Positions 21,150 to 32,251 of a stretch of DNA of 64,000 nt are shown piece by piece. The position numbers and the translations under genes were made by a program. The notes beneath the pieces are model-generated. The model searched no databases. It saw nothing but the letters and a program-made list of their open reading frames with translations, and was not told the DNA's origin. Source of the DNA: Candidatus Heimdallarchaeota archaeon. Its GTDB lineage: Archaea > Asgardarchaeota > Heimdallarchaeia > JABLTI01. Numbering within the stretch: position 1 is the first letter of the stretch; each line of letters opens with the position of its first letter. The stretch covers positions 25,171 through 89,170 of the forward strand of contig JAHLVW010000025.1 of NCBI GenBank assembly GCA_019058275.1, given 5' to 3'.

Positions 21150-22790
21150 TTATATCAGGTATCTTCCACATTTTATACAGTAAAATTTCTTGTATTGTCT
21201 AATATATTTAACATCTTCTCCACATATGGGGCAAGTGTTTTTGTTTTCTGAAGAATCTACGTAAAGTGTTTGAATTATTTTCTCTTCTTCTGGTTTTTCT
21301 TCTTGAGACATATCTTTCAATTCTGAAATCATTGCACTTGATAATTCTGTTCCTATCACACCATCATCCAGACTTTCAGCTTCATCATCATCTTCTTCTA
21401 TTGGTATCAATGGTTCTGCATCAGGAATATCTACTAACTCATTGTCTGGGATTTCCAGTAGATCTATTATTTGATCTTCTTCATCAGCAATTTCTTCAGG
21501 TTCTTCTATTATAACCTCTTCACTTTCTGTTGTATCAGGTTGTGGAGATACAGTGTCTAGAATGCTTTCCAAAACCTTTTGATCTTGATCTAGTTGTCCC
21601 TCTTCTGTTGATTCAACAATTGGTATCATTGGTTCAGGCATAGCTGAATTGATATCTACGTCTTCACTTTCATTAGCATCTTCTAGTATCTCATCGAGAA
21701 CGTCTGTTTTCTCATCAGCTTCCTCTATCGAAGTTTCTTGTTTTAGAACTTCTAGTTCATCTCTTACATCCGAAATATCCTCTATTTGCTCATCAACCTC
21801 AGATTTTAATCCATTAGCTTTTACATGAGAAATTTCTTCTTCTAAACCTTTTAATCGGTTAGTTAAACTATCTAGTTTAACATTGATTTGCTCCAATACG
21901 TTTTCTAACTCAGTGCTAATTTCAGGAACCTCTTCTTCAACATCCTGTTCTTCTATTGATTCTTTTGAGATTGTTATAGCTCGTTCTCCATCATCAGTCT
22001 TCTCTCTACCGATAATAATTTCATCAGTCTCATCTAGTACAGCCATTACTTCTGCTATAAGTTTCTCAGTTTCTTCTCCACTCTCATCCTCGAGCATTAT
22101 AGATGCAGTTGAAGAAGGAATCGTATCTACTATTTTAGATGTTGTTTTTACTTCAGCACTTACTTCCTGATGTTGCTGCTCGATAACTACTTGCTCCTCT
22201 GAAGCTTCAACAATTTCCTCTTTGGGCTTAAACGGACTAATACCTTCTCGCTCAAGTAAGCATTTTGCCATTAAATCGAATGCAACATCTATATTCTCAC
22301 CAGTTAGAGCAGAAGTCTCAATATATTCACACTGTAAACCGGAGCTTTCTCTTAAAGCAAGAGCGTATTTTTGACCCATTTCGCTGGTTATCTCTCTTCT
22401 ATCTATTAAATCAATTTTATTTGCACATATGATGAAAATTTCTATTGTTCCATTTGAATATCTAATTGCTTCATCAACCCATGCTGATAAATCTCTCAAG
22501 GATTTTGGATTAGTAACATCAAAAACAAGAAAACAACCTGTGGCTCCACCATAGAAGCTTGATCTAATGTATTTGTACTTGTCTTGACCAGCTAAATCCC
22601 ATACTTGAAAACCTATAGTTAAATCGCTTAATTTGAGTTTGTAAGATGAAAAATCAGCACCAACTGTTGAAATATATTCTTCTGCGAAATGCTCACCCAT
22701 GGCTCTTTTTCGAATTGTAGTTTTCCCTACAAAACTATCGCCACAAAGTACTATCTTCCAGAGGAAGTCTGAGGATTTCTTTTCTTCCAT
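21150..22790 (-). CDS. Rab-like small GTPase with long acidic linker, coiled coil and C-terminal Zn ribbon
   Basis: GDSFVGKT, TVGADF, WDLAGQ, NKID, ETSA; terminal CPIC..YCIKC. Confidence 0.85.
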   Translation of the reverse strand: MEEKKSSDFLWKIVLCGDSFVGKTTIRKRAMGEHFAEEYISTVGADFSSYKLKLSDLTIGFQVWDLAGQDKYKYIRSSFYGGATGCFLVFDVTNPKSLRDLSAWVDEAIRYSNGTIEIFIICANKIDLIDRREITSEMGQKYALALRESSGLQCEYIETSALTGENIDVAFDLMAKCLLEREGISPFKPKEEIVEASEEQVVIEQQHQEVSAEVKTTSKIVDTIPSSTASIMLEDESGEETEKLIAEVMAVLDETDEIIIGREKTDDGERAITISKESIEEQDVEEEVPEISTELENVLEQINVKLDSLTNRLKGLEEEISHVKANGLKSEVDEQIEDISDVRDELEVLKQETSIEEADEKTDVLDEILEDANESEDVDINSAMPEPMIPIVESTEEGQLDQDQKVLESILDTVSPQPDTTESEEVIIEEPEEIADEEDQIIDLLEIPDNELVDIPDAEPLIPIEEDDDEAESLDDGVIGTELSSAMISELKDMSQEEKPEEEKIIQTLYVDSSENKNTCPICGEDVKYIRQYKKFYCIKCGRYLI

Positions 22791-23116
22791 TCCATTTAAA
22801 CATCCATATTTACCCGTAGAAATTTACTCTAGTATTAAATTATTTATCTCCATAGTTCTTTACTTTTTCCCTTTTTACATTTGTTCTTGCTCAAAATATA
22901 TGTACTGGGACAAAAAATAACCTTTTTTTTGCTAATCTACCTTAATAGCTAGAAAACATCCCAATATTACAATCCCTTATTTTCAAGAACTGTTTATCTT
23001 TATCTACAGATAATGTAAGGTTATTCAGTGCTATTCTGGATAACTAGTGATATATGTTGAATATGGCATTGCTATGTGATCAATCATAGTTAACCTAAAA
23101 CTGTATTATCTGAAAA

Positions 23117-24625
23117 ATGAATTTGAGCGTGAGACTGAAATTGGTATACGATCCTGACAGAAAATGCTTAAAATGCTACAAACGTCAAGGCTTTATCTTC
23201 TACTGTGAAGACTGTGGTGGAACATTTTGTAATGATTGTATAGTGTCTGAAAAAACTGATTGCACTTACTGTAGTAATTGCTCTCATATTAGTGTTGGTA
23301 GTAAATGTGAGAAGTGTGGGAATGTTAACCATCTATCTGCAACAAAGAAAATAAGAAAATGTCCTATGTGTTCTTCAACTAAATTGAAAGATGTAAAGAA
23401 GAAAATTGGTGGTCTTACAAATGAATTTATTGATACAGTTAATCGAATTTACAATGGGTTAAATCATATCAAGGGATTTGCAGATAATTATTCGGATATT
23501 GTTAATTTGGCAAAACAATTGAGGAGGGAAAGATTTGGATTATATCCGAACATTGAAACCAATTTGCTTCATATTCAAAATCAATTTTTTGAGATCACTC
23601 AAAGAGCAACTGAATTATTAGATAAGGTCTACCAGCAAATTCATCAAGATTCACAATTGCTGTCATTTAATCAAAATCTTACTATTAACAAATTACCTCA
23701 TATTGATAAAACACTTAAGATGATTAATACCCATGTAATAAGTTATTCAAACATTATCAATGATTTTCTCGAAAAGCCTAGACTAGAATTAAGTGAGATT
23801 GGAGAAAAATTAACTGAACTAAAAGATTACTCACTGCAATTTGATGAAGCATCAGATAAATTTGAACCAGAGCTATTAGAGTTAAAAATTGCTGTTTTCC
23901 CAAATATGAAAATTACTTTTCCAAAAGATAGGAAAAGAACAGGTATACTGTATGTGACAAATAAGCAATTGTACTTTTTGCCTTACTTCAAATTCATATT
24001 TAGATTTCGCGGAAAAGTTAAAGCTATTCCTATCTCTATGATTAGAGATGTAGAAACGAAGAGTAGCAAAATCTTCGGTAGTCAATTATTGATCAATATT
24101 CCAGACAAGAATCAAATCAAGATAAAATGTTCTGATGCTGTTGTTGATAGGCTTAATTTTACCTTTGGTATCTTATTTAACGAAAATGAAGGCTATGTTA
24201 TAACTGATCCTTACATGATGGAGGAATATAGGTCTAGTTTGAATTACTCCTTGTTACAAGAAAAGGTTGAAAGGAGAATTAAAGACTTGAAACAAATTCC
24301 TTTCACAAAAACTATACCATTACAGCAATTCAGACAAAATGATGATACTAGAAGGTTTCTGGTTCAGGAATCCGAAGATGTCAAAAATCTAAAGATTGAG
24401 TTACGAGCAGCAAAGGACACTCTAAGAGAGCTAATTAAAGCTTTTAACGATAGAAGCATAACCCCAGAGGTTTATTTCTCAAGACGCGAAAAAACAAAAC
24501 ATAGAATTTTGACGTTAGAAGATGAACTAAAGGATGCTCAAAGATCTAGTATGGGGTTCTCTAGATTAAGAGATTTTGTTAATCACTATACTGGTACTTA
24601 TACGGATGGACAACCTAGAAGATAA
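23117..24625 (+). CDS. Cys-rich Zn-finger / coiled-coil / PH(GRAM)-like protein
   Basis: Multiple CxxC pairs at the N-terminus; 'GILYVTNKQLYF...IPISMIRDVE' PH/GRAM pattern. Confidence 0.6.
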   Translation: MNLSVRLKLVYDPDRKCLKCYKRQGFIFYCEDCGGTFCNDCIVSEKTDCTYCSNCSHISVGSKCEKCGNVNHLSATKKIRKCPMCSSTKLKDVKKKIGGLTNEFIDTVNRIYNGLNHIKGFADNYSDIVNLAKQLRRERFGLYPNIETNLLHIQNQFFEITQRATELLDKVYQQIHQDSQLLSFNQNLTINKLPHIDKTLKMINTHVISYSNIINDFLEKPRLELSEIGEKLTELKDYSLQFDEASDKFEPELLELKIAVFPNMKITFPKDRKRTGILYVTNKQLYFLPYFKFIFRFRGKVKAIPISMIRDVETKSSKIFGSQLLINIPDKNQIKIKCSDAVVDRLNFTFGILFNENEGYVITDPYMMEEYRSSLNYSLLQEKVERRIKDLKQIPFTKTIPLQQFRQNDDTRRFLVQESEDVKNLKIELRAAKDTLRELIKAFNDRSITPEVYFSRREKTKHRILTLEDELKDAQRSSMGFSRLRDFVNHYTGTYTDGQPRR

Positions 24626-24770
24626 CATTACTATACCTTTAGAATCGTTCATAAAGTTAAGAAAATGTTAGAACCAATAGTTTTAATTTTCCTAAAAAAT
24701 ATTTTACTGTAGAAACAATTATAATCAAATATAAATCCCATATAATTAACATTTCAAGAGGTTTCCAACA

Positions 24771-25334
24771 TTGCGAAAGGATAGTCAAGGCCGAATTCAC
24801 TTAAAAATAGTATTCTATGGCCCTTCACTTAGTGGAAAAACTACTGGTTTACGTTGGCTCTATGACCAAGTCGAAGGTTTAACTAAAGGTGGCTTTACCT
24901 CAATTGCAGATCCTACTGGTAGAACACTCTATTTTGATTTCACACCATTTTCTGCTTCAGGTAGAGTAATTCTAGATGCTTATACAGTTGCAGGACAAAC
25001 TCGACACAAAAGTCAAAGAAAAGTCATTTTACGTGGCGTTGATGGCATTATCCTTATGCTTGATTCTACACCTGAAATGCAGAAATACAATCAAGAATCA
25101 GTTGATGAGTTAAAGGAATTTCTAGGAGAACGATTTGGAACCGAAGTTCCCATTGTAATTACTTTGAACAAAAGAGATGTTCCCAATGCATTAACTAGAC
25201 CAGAAATGCTTTCGGGATTAGAATTAGATGGATTTCCTGTTTACGAAACAATAGCTACAAAAGGTATTGGAGTTAAACGAGCGTTTCAATCAATTGCTCG
25301 AGAAATTTTACTGAAGCAATTATATGGTAAATAA
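24771..25334 (+). CDS. MglA-like small GTPase
   Basis: KIVFYGPSLSGKTT, RTLYFDF, YTVAGQ, ILRGVDG, NKRD. Confidence 0.85.
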   Translation: MRKDSQGRIHLKIVFYGPSLSGKTTGLRWLYDQVEGLTKGGFTSIADPTGRTLYFDFTPFSASGRVILDAYTVAGQTRHKSQRKVILRGVDGIILMLDSTPEMQKYNQESVDELKEFLGERFGTEVPIVITLNKRDVPNALTRPEMLSGLELDGFPVYETIATKGIGVKRAFQSIAREILLKQLYGK

Positions 25335-25458
25335 TCCTTCTTTTCGCTTCGCATTTCATTTATTGTAAATTTTCTTTACATATATAGCTACTTTTTTCTT
25401 AGATTGTTAAGCATTAATTTAATACAGTTTGCCTTTTTTAGTTATAGTGGGTGACCCT

Positions 25459-25926
25459 ATGACAGAAGATATGAAACTGAAAATTGGAGATGATGCTCCA
25501 GATTTTACTCTATTTGATCAAAATAAGAATGAAATAAAATTAGCAGATTTGAAAGGAAAAAAGATTCTGCTTTCTTTCCATCCGCTTGCTTGGACTGGTG
25601 TATGTGCAAAGCAAATGCAATCATTAGAAACTAGCTTTGATAAATTTGAGAAATTAAATACCATTCCCTTGGGTGTAAGTGTTGACACTGTGCCTTCTAA
25701 AAAAGCTTGGGCTGAACATCTAGAAATTGAAAAAACAAGTTTGCTTGCTGATTTTTGGCCTCATGGTAATTTGGCTAAGATCCTTGGTATTTTCCTTGAA
25801 GAGAAAGGAATTTCTAAAAGAGTAAATATTGTGATTGATGAAAATCAAAAAATTTCATTTGTTAAAATCTATGATATACCAGAACTCCCTGATATTGAAG
25901 AAATTCTAGATTTTTTGGCAAAGTAG
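25459..25926 (+). CDS. Peroxiredoxin (AhpE-like)
   Basis: FHPLAWTGVC; LLADFWPHG. Confidence 0.85.
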   Translation: MTEDMKLKIGDDAPDFTLFDQNKNEIKLADLKGKKILLSFHPLAWTGVCAKQMQSLETSFDKFEKLNTIPLGVSVDTVPSKKAWAEHLEIEKTSLLADFWPHGNLAKILGIFLEEKGISKRVNIVIDENQKISFVKIYDIPELPDIEEILDFLAK

Positions 25927-25943
25927 GATGGAGAAGATAAACA

Positions 25944-26417
25944 TTGTTAAAAATTAATGTTGGTGATCTTGCACCAGAATTTTGTTTGCCAGATAAAGAT
26001 GGAAATGAATTTTGTTTGAAGGATCAAAAAGGAAAATGGGTTATTTTGTATTTTTATCCAAAAGATAATACAAAAGGATGTACAATTGAAGCTATTGATT
26101 TTACAGCAAATCTACCTGAATTCGAAAAAATGAGTGCAACTGTTATTGGAATTAGCCCAGATTCAACTAGCAGTCATCAAAAATTTACTGAAAAACATGG
26201 GCTTAAAATTAGATTGTTATGTGATGTTGATAAGAATATCCTAGAACAATTTGGAGCTTGGGGAGAAAAAAGTATGTATGGAAAAACATACTTTGGTGTA
26301 ATTAGAAGTACTGTACTTATCGATCCGGATGGTAAAATTGCTGAAACTTGGTTTAAAGTTAGAGTTAAGGATCATGTGCTGAAGGTTAAAGAGACACTTA
26401 AAGAACTACAGGAGTAA
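25944..26417 (+). CDS. bcp: Peroxiredoxin Bcp/PrxQ
   Basis: [12 protein letters not shown]; [10 protein letters not shown]. Confidence 0.9.
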   Translation: MLKINVGDLAPEFCLPDKDGNEFCLKDQKGKWVILYFYPKDNTKGCTIEAIDFTANLPEFEKMSATVIGISPDSTSSHQKFTEKHGLKIRLLCDVDKNILEQFGAWGEKSMYGKTYFGVIRSTVLIDPDGKIAETWFKVRVKDHVLKVKETLKELQE

Positions 26418-26421
26418 TTCT

Positions 26422-28574
26422 GTGGTTTTTTTAAATTTTATTTTATTACAAAAGGTGTATAATGTGAAAAGTGATAACACAAATGAGAAGCAATATAATC
26501 ATTTAGCTAAAGAAAAAAGTCCTTATTTATTGCAGCATGCTACTAATCCTATGGATTGGTATCCATGGGGAGAAGAAGCTTTTGAGAAGGCTAAGAAAGA
26601 AGATAAACCCATTTTTTTGTCAATTGGATATTCTACCTGTCATTGGTGTCATGTGATGGCACATGAGTCTTTTGAAGACCTGAAATTGCAAAATTAATGA
26701 ATGAGACATTCGTTAATATTAAAGTTGACAGAGAGGAAAGACATGAGATAGACAATATCTACATGACTGTTTATCAAATGATTACTGGTAGTGGGGGGTT
26801 GGCCATTAACTATTATTATGGATGCAGATAAAAAACCCTTTACTGCTGGAACTTATTTTCCAAAGAAAGTCGTTTTGGTAGAATTGGCATGTTGGAGCTT
26901 ATTCCACGTATTAAGGGATATTGGGATAATAATTGAGATGAATTAAGGACTGCTGCAAATGAAGTTATTAAGCAATTGCAAAATATACATGTTACACAAG
27001 GTGAAGAATTAAATCAAGATATTCTAGATGAAGCATTTAAGGAAGCTGATTTGCTTTTTGATGAAAAGAACGGTGGTTTTAAAGGTGCTCCTAAATTTCC
27101 TACACCACACAAACTACTATTTTTACTTCGATATTGGAAACGCACAGGAAACGCTAAAGCACTAGCTATTGTTGAAAAAACACTCAAAGCTATGCGTTCA
27201 GGTGGAATTTTTGATCATATTGAGGTGGGTTTTCATAGATACTCAACTGATTCTGTTTGGTTATTACCACACTTCGAAAAAAATGCTCTATGATCAAGCA
27301 TTACTAGTATTTGCTTATGTTGAAACATATAATGCTACAAACAATATTGAGTATAAAAATACTGTTGAGGAAGTTCTCACTTATATTGCTAGAGATATGA
27401 CAGCACCTGATGGTGGATTTTATTCCGCAGAAGATGCAGATAGCGAAGGAGAAGAAGGTAAGTTTTATACTTGGGCAAATGATGAATTAGTTGACATTCT
27501 TGTTGATGAAGGTGCCAATTTCATTAGCAAAATATACAATTCTGAAAACGAAGGCAATTTCAAAGATCAAGCTACACAAGAAAAAACTGGTATAAATATT
27601 CCTTATTTAACCAAAACTATATCTGAAATAGCTGAAGATTATGGGGTGACTTTAGAGGAAACCAAAACGAGGATTATGAAAATCCGTAAACAGCTATTTG
27701 AGGTTCGAGAAAAAAGGATACACCCTCATAAAGATGATAAAATATTAACTGATTGGAATGGTTTAATGATAGCAGCATATGCTTTAGCCTGAAGGATTCT
27801 TGATAACAGTGATTATATTCTTGCTGCGAGAAAAGCTGTAGATTTCATTTTAAACAAAATGGTGGATGATTCAAATCGCTTGTTGCATCGTTATAGAGAA
27901 GGTGAAGTTGACAATACCAGGAATGATTGATGATTACGCCTTTCTATCCTGGGGATTATTAGAACTTTATGAAAGCACTTTTGATGTTAAGTATCTTAAA
28001 AAAGCTATAAATTCAATAATCAGTAAATTCAACATTTTTGGGATAATGAGTTGGGAGGATTCTTTTTTACACCTGATGATGGTGAAGAGCATATTGTTCG
28101 TAAAAAAGAGATTTATGATGGAGCTGTGCCTTCTGGTAATTCAGTTGCTATGTTGAATTTATTACGTATTTCTAGGATTACAGCAAACATTGACTTTGAA
28201 GATAAAGCAGTTCAGATTAACAAAGCCTTCTCCACATTAATTGAGCAGTCTTTGCTTGCCATTCAATGTTTCTATCATGTTTGGAATTTGCTTTTGGACC
28301 TACTTTTGAGATTGTTATTGTAGGTAAAGCAGATACTAATGACACTAAAGATATGGTAAAAGCTCTTTGAGAAGTGTATATCCCTAATAAGATTGTCTTA
28401 TTTTTACCAGAAGATGTTTCAAATCCTGAGATTGTGGAAGTAACTGATTTTGTTAAGCATAAAACAAGTAATGAGAATAAAGCAACTGCTCATGTTTGTA
28501 GAAATCGCTTTTGCAAATTTCCAACAAAAGATATTGATAAAATGTTGGAAATGTTGAAAGTAAATAAAAAATGA
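26422..28574 (+). pseudogene. YyaL/SPATA20-like thioredoxin-domain protein, fragmented
   Basis: [50 protein letters not shown] in successive fragments; many frameshifts and in-frame stops. Confidence 0.9.
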
Positions 28575-28679
28575 AAGAAAAAGTAATAAACTTATTATTT
28601 TGAAGCAAATAACAAATTTAAGAGAATGAGTGAGATTCAGTATTCATTTGTAAATGATTTCAAAATATTAGAATAACAT

Positions 28680-30053
28680 ATGAGTTGGTATCCGATGTCT
28701 AGTAAAACAAAAGTGGCTATAATTGGTATGGGGTATGTTGGTATTCCTGCTGCTGCTCTTTTTGCAGAAGTTGATGGATTTGAGGTTATTGGTTTACAAA
28801 GACGATCAGAGCGATCGGGTTGGAAGATTGAAGCCTTGAATAAAGGTGAATGTCCGATTTTGAATGAACCCTTATTGCCAGAATTAATTAAGAAAGTTGT
28901 TTTGGAAAGAAAAACATTTCATGTTACAGATGACACAGACATTTTGAAAGAAATGGATTTCATATTGATTGATGTCCAAACCCCAACAGAAAAAGATACC
29001 CATGAACCATTATATAGATCTCTTAGAGAAGTTTCTGCAACCGTTGGTAAGAAAATAAAGAAAGGTGCAGTAGTTATTGTTGAATCCACCGTTGCACCTG
29101 GAACAACAGAATTCATTGTCAAACCTATTCTTGAAGAAAACTCGGGAATGAAAGTGGGTGAAGATTTTCATCTTGTTTTTGCATATGAACGTGTTATGGT
29201 TGGCAGACTCATTAATAACATAGTTAATTATCCAAGAATTATTGGTGGTATTACTGAAGAGTGTACCAAGAAAGGTCTTTGGTTATACAAATACATTGTA
29301 AAAGAAAAACTAATACCTGTGTCAGCTACTACTGGTGAAGTTGCAAAAGTTGTGGAAAATACTTATCGTGATGTTCAAATAGCTTTTGCCAATGAAGTTG
29401 CTTTAGCATGTGAATCTCTTAATGTTGACTTTATTGAAGTTAGACGTTGTGTCAATAGCCTACCATTTAACTCTAATGCTTATCGTGATCTGCATTTACC
29501 AGGAGCTGGAGTAGGTGGACATTGCCTACCAAAAGATCCTTGGTTACTAAAATACGGTGTAGATACATATGGTAAAACAAAAGTTCCTTTTGATGTTATA
29601 GTTAAAGCTAGGATGAGGAATGAAATGATGCCAAGCCATATGGTGGAATTGGCAAAGAATGGTGCAAAAGCTTTAGATATTGATTTCTTAAAAGCAAAAA
29701 TAGCTATCCTTGGTGCATCATTTATTGAAAATTCAGAAGATACAAGAAATTCACCTACTGAAACTTTTGTTGAATTATTAGAAAAAGAAGGAATAAAATG
29801 GGCTATTCATGATCCATTGGTACGTCAAAACGAATTCCCATATCCTGTTTCAAAGAATTTAGAGAAAGTTGTTAAGGATGCAGATATTCTTGTCATTTTC
29901 GTAAAGCATAAGGAATATTATGACCTTAAAGCTAATTGGCTTAAAGGCAAAATGAAATCTGCAATTATTGTTGATGGACGTGATGTCTTAGATCTTGCTA
30001 AATTTAGAAAAGATGGATTCATATCTTACGGTGTTGGAAAGGCCAACTATTAA
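28680..30053 (+). CDS. UDP-sugar (UDP-ManNAc/GlcNAc) 6-dehydrogenase family
   Basis: GMGYVG, ESTVAPGTT, AKVVENTYRDV, PGAGVGGHCLPKDP, DTRNSP. Confidence 0.9.
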   Translation: MSWYPMSSKTKVAIIGMGYVGIPAAALFAEVDGFEVIGLQRRSERSGWKIEALNKGECPILNEPLLPELIKKVVLERKTFHVTDDTDILKEMDFILIDVQTPTEKDTHEPLYRSLREVSATVGKKIKKGAVVIVESTVAPGTTEFIVKPILEENSGMKVGEDFHLVFAYERVMVGRLINNIVNYPRIIGGITEECTKKGLWLYKYIVKEKLIPVSATTGEVAKVVENTYRDVQIAFANEVALACESLNVDFIEVRRCVNSLPFNSNAYRDLHLPGAGVGGHCLPKDPWLLKYGVDTYGKTKVPFDVIVKARMRNEMMPSHMVELAKNGAKALDIDFLKAKIAILGASFIENSEDTRNSPTETFVELLEKEGIKWAIHDPLVRQNEFPYPVSKNLEKVVKDADILVIFVKHKEYYDLKANWLKGKMKSAIIVDGRDVLDLAKFRKDGFISYGVGKANY

Positions 30054-30196
30054 TCCTACTTTTTTATTCCTTACTAGAATAATCTCAATAAGTTTAGAAA
30101 AATATCTCAATATGTTAAGAAAATAAACTACTAACTTTTAGTAAAACTAAGAAAATAGGTAATACAGTAAATAATGAATAAATTTGTATCAAAAAT

Positions 30197-30637
30197 TTGG
30201 AGGACAAGAAAATGTTTGAAGACGAAGATATGTGTGAAATTATCAATAATATGAAAGTTACAATAACCACTGCAAATGAAAGAGGTAGTGGAACTGATGA
30301 TCCAATTAAATTATATATTGGAGAGCATACTTGGGAACTCGATCATCCATTCTGCGACGATTTTGAGAAGGGTAAAACTGATGTTTTTGACTTAGATATT
30401 CCTGAAGGTTTAACCTCGGATTGGTTTCAATATTTCTGCATTAAGAAAGAGCTTGATATACGAAGTGATAAATGGCAATTAAGACGAGTTATTGTGGAAA
30501 TTAATGATAGAGTAATTTATGACTCTAGTGATATAGAGTTTTGGTTCGAATCAAGCAAATCAACTTGGTGTGCAAAAGACTTCTTTTATGGTAAATGTCG
30601 TGGTAATGTAAGTCCTGATTTTGATGTTAAACATTAA
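30197..30637 (+). CDS. Stand-alone PLAT/LH2 domain protein
   Basis: VTITT...GSGTDD..., DDFEKGKTDVF, DKWQLRRVIV are PLAT signature elements. Confidence 0.7.
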   Translation: MEDKKMFEDEDMCEIINNMKVTITTANERGSGTDDPIKLYIGEHTWELDHPFCDDFEKGKTDVFDLDIPEGLTSDWFQYFCIKKELDIRSDKWQLRRVIVEINDRVIYDSSDIEFWFESSKSTWCAKDFFYGKCRGNVSPDFDVKH

Positions 30638-30764
30638 TACTATTCCAACTCTTTTTCTTTTTTTTTTCTCTATATACATACTATACTGCTATTTTCAAAC
30701 CATAGGAAGAATAAATATTCCATTTTCTACTATACTATATATTAGAGAGTGGATGTAATAGTGG

Positions 30765-30780
30765 GAGAAAAGTTTATATA
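30765..30780 (+). promoter_or_regulatory. BRE + TATA box of tfb
   Basis: GAGAAAAG followed by TTTATATA, about 110 nt upstream of the TFB start. Confidence 0.5.
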
Positions 30781-30887
30781 AGTAAAGTGACAAATATACC
30801 ACCAAGGTAGTCCTATTCTCCTACCGAGAGAGAGAATGAACTACTCCCCTTTATAGTACTAGTAACAACAAAATTGGAGAAAGTAAA

Positions 30888-31877
30888 TTGTTAAATAAAG
30901 AAATAGTAAAGGAAGAGCAAGACGAATCAGAAGCTTCCTGTAAAATATGCGGTTCTGAAGCCCTCATAAATGATAATTCAAGAGGTGAAAGAATCTGCAC
31001 AGACTGCGGTGCTGTTCAAGATATAATCTTAAGTTCAGGTCCAGAATGGAGAGCCTTTACTAAGAGCGAACAAGATGCTCGTGAAAGAGTAGGTGCTCCA
31101 ACATCAAACTTGAAAATTGATAAGGGATTAAGAACTCAGATTGGGGCTGGTTATAAAGACATCTCTGGGAAGAATTTAAGCCCATCCACAATAGCCAGGA
31201 TGAATAGGTTAAGATGGTTAAATAGAAGAACAGGCAGATCTGAAGCTAGAAACTTAAGAGATGCTATCTTTGAACTTAAAAGAATTGCAAGTCAGCTAGG
31301 TATTTCTGAAGACATTACTGAATCTGCAGCAATTTATTATAGAAGAGCCTTAAAAGCAAAATTAATTCGTGGCAGAAGTATAGATTCAATGACTGCTTCT
31401 GCAATTTATATTGCTTGTAGAACTCATAACGTTCCAAAAACACTCAAAGATATATGCACTACCGGGAAAGTTGATCGTAAAGAGCTTGCTCGATGTGTAA
31501 GGGTGTATATTGTTGAATTAGGCATTAAACCAACACCAATAGATCCTGCTCAACTAGTTTCAAGATTAGGAACTGAGTTGAAGATAACAATGCATACCCA
31601 AAACAGAGCAATTGAGATCTTGCAAACAGTCAGATCTTACAAACTCGATGTTGGTAAGAATCCTATGTCAATTGCTGCTGCAGTTATCTATATCGCTGGT
31701 ATACAAACTGGCGAGCGAAGAACTCAACAACAAGTAGCTGAAGCTGCTAAGACCACTCCTGTAACTCTAAGAAACAGATTTAAAGAATTGGTTGCAGCTT
31801 TAGAAATTGGTCAAGTCACTGTAAAAAGAGGGGCTGCTGCGACACCAGTATATGTTAGAGATCCATACAAATTTTGA
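30888..31877 (+). CDS. tfb: Transcription initiation factor IIB
   Basis: Zn ribbon CKIC..CTDC, GPEWRAF, RVGAP, two cyclin repeats. Confidence 0.95.
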   Translation: MLNKEIVKEEQDESEASCKICGSEALINDNSRGERICTDCGAVQDIILSSGPEWRAFTKSEQDARERVGAPTSNLKIDKGLRTQIGAGYKDISGKNLSPSTIARMNRLRWLNRRTGRSEARNLRDAIFELKRIASQLGISEDITESAAIYYRRALKAKLIRGRSIDSMTASAIYIACRTHNVPKTLKDICTTGKVDRKELARCVRVYIVELGIKPTPIDPAQLVSRLGTELKITMHTQNRAIEILQTVRSYKLDVGKNPMSIAAAVIYIAGIQTGERRTQQQVAEAAKTTPVTLRNRFKELVAALEIGQVTVKRGAAATPVYVRDPYKF

Positions 31878-31990
31878 TGGGTCTTGAAACCTTCTTTTTT
31901 TGTCATCTCAAAGACTGAAGTGGAGGTGATTGATCAGCCTCCTCCATTTCATCCAATATATTTTTCTGCAATTTAGCTTCTTATTCATAA

Positions 31991-32194
31991 TTAATAATGT
32001 TCAATCTAGCAATCAATGACTATTTAAGTGGAAAGCTAATACTGGATAATAACAAATTTTTAATAGAAAGAAAAATCTCAACAACGACATGTGAAAGAGA
32101 AGAACTCGACACTGTTAAGGATGCTGAGATGCACCATTCCTTGACCATGAGCAATGCTGACTTGAAGAGCTCAACCAACTCAATGAACAAGTAG
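31991..32194 (+). pseudogene. 5'-truncated remnant of the Cas5-HD gene 3' end (orphan copy B)
   Basis: LIMFNLAINDYLSGKL...EREELDTVKDAEMH aligns with LIMVNMAINDYYSKKL...ERGKLDTAMDAEKH. Confidence 0.85.
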
Positions 32195-32235
32195 GCTGGG
32201 AACATAGGCAGGGAAAAGATAGTAAAAAACATATT
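32075..32235 (+). ncRNA. Putative structured ncRNA, copy B
   Basis: High nucleotide similarity to 43988-44153; ATCTCA/TGAGAT, GACA-GTG/CAC-TGTT and AGCT/GGCT stems. Confidence 0.6.
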
Positions 32236-32251
32236 AGAAGGTTATTATACA

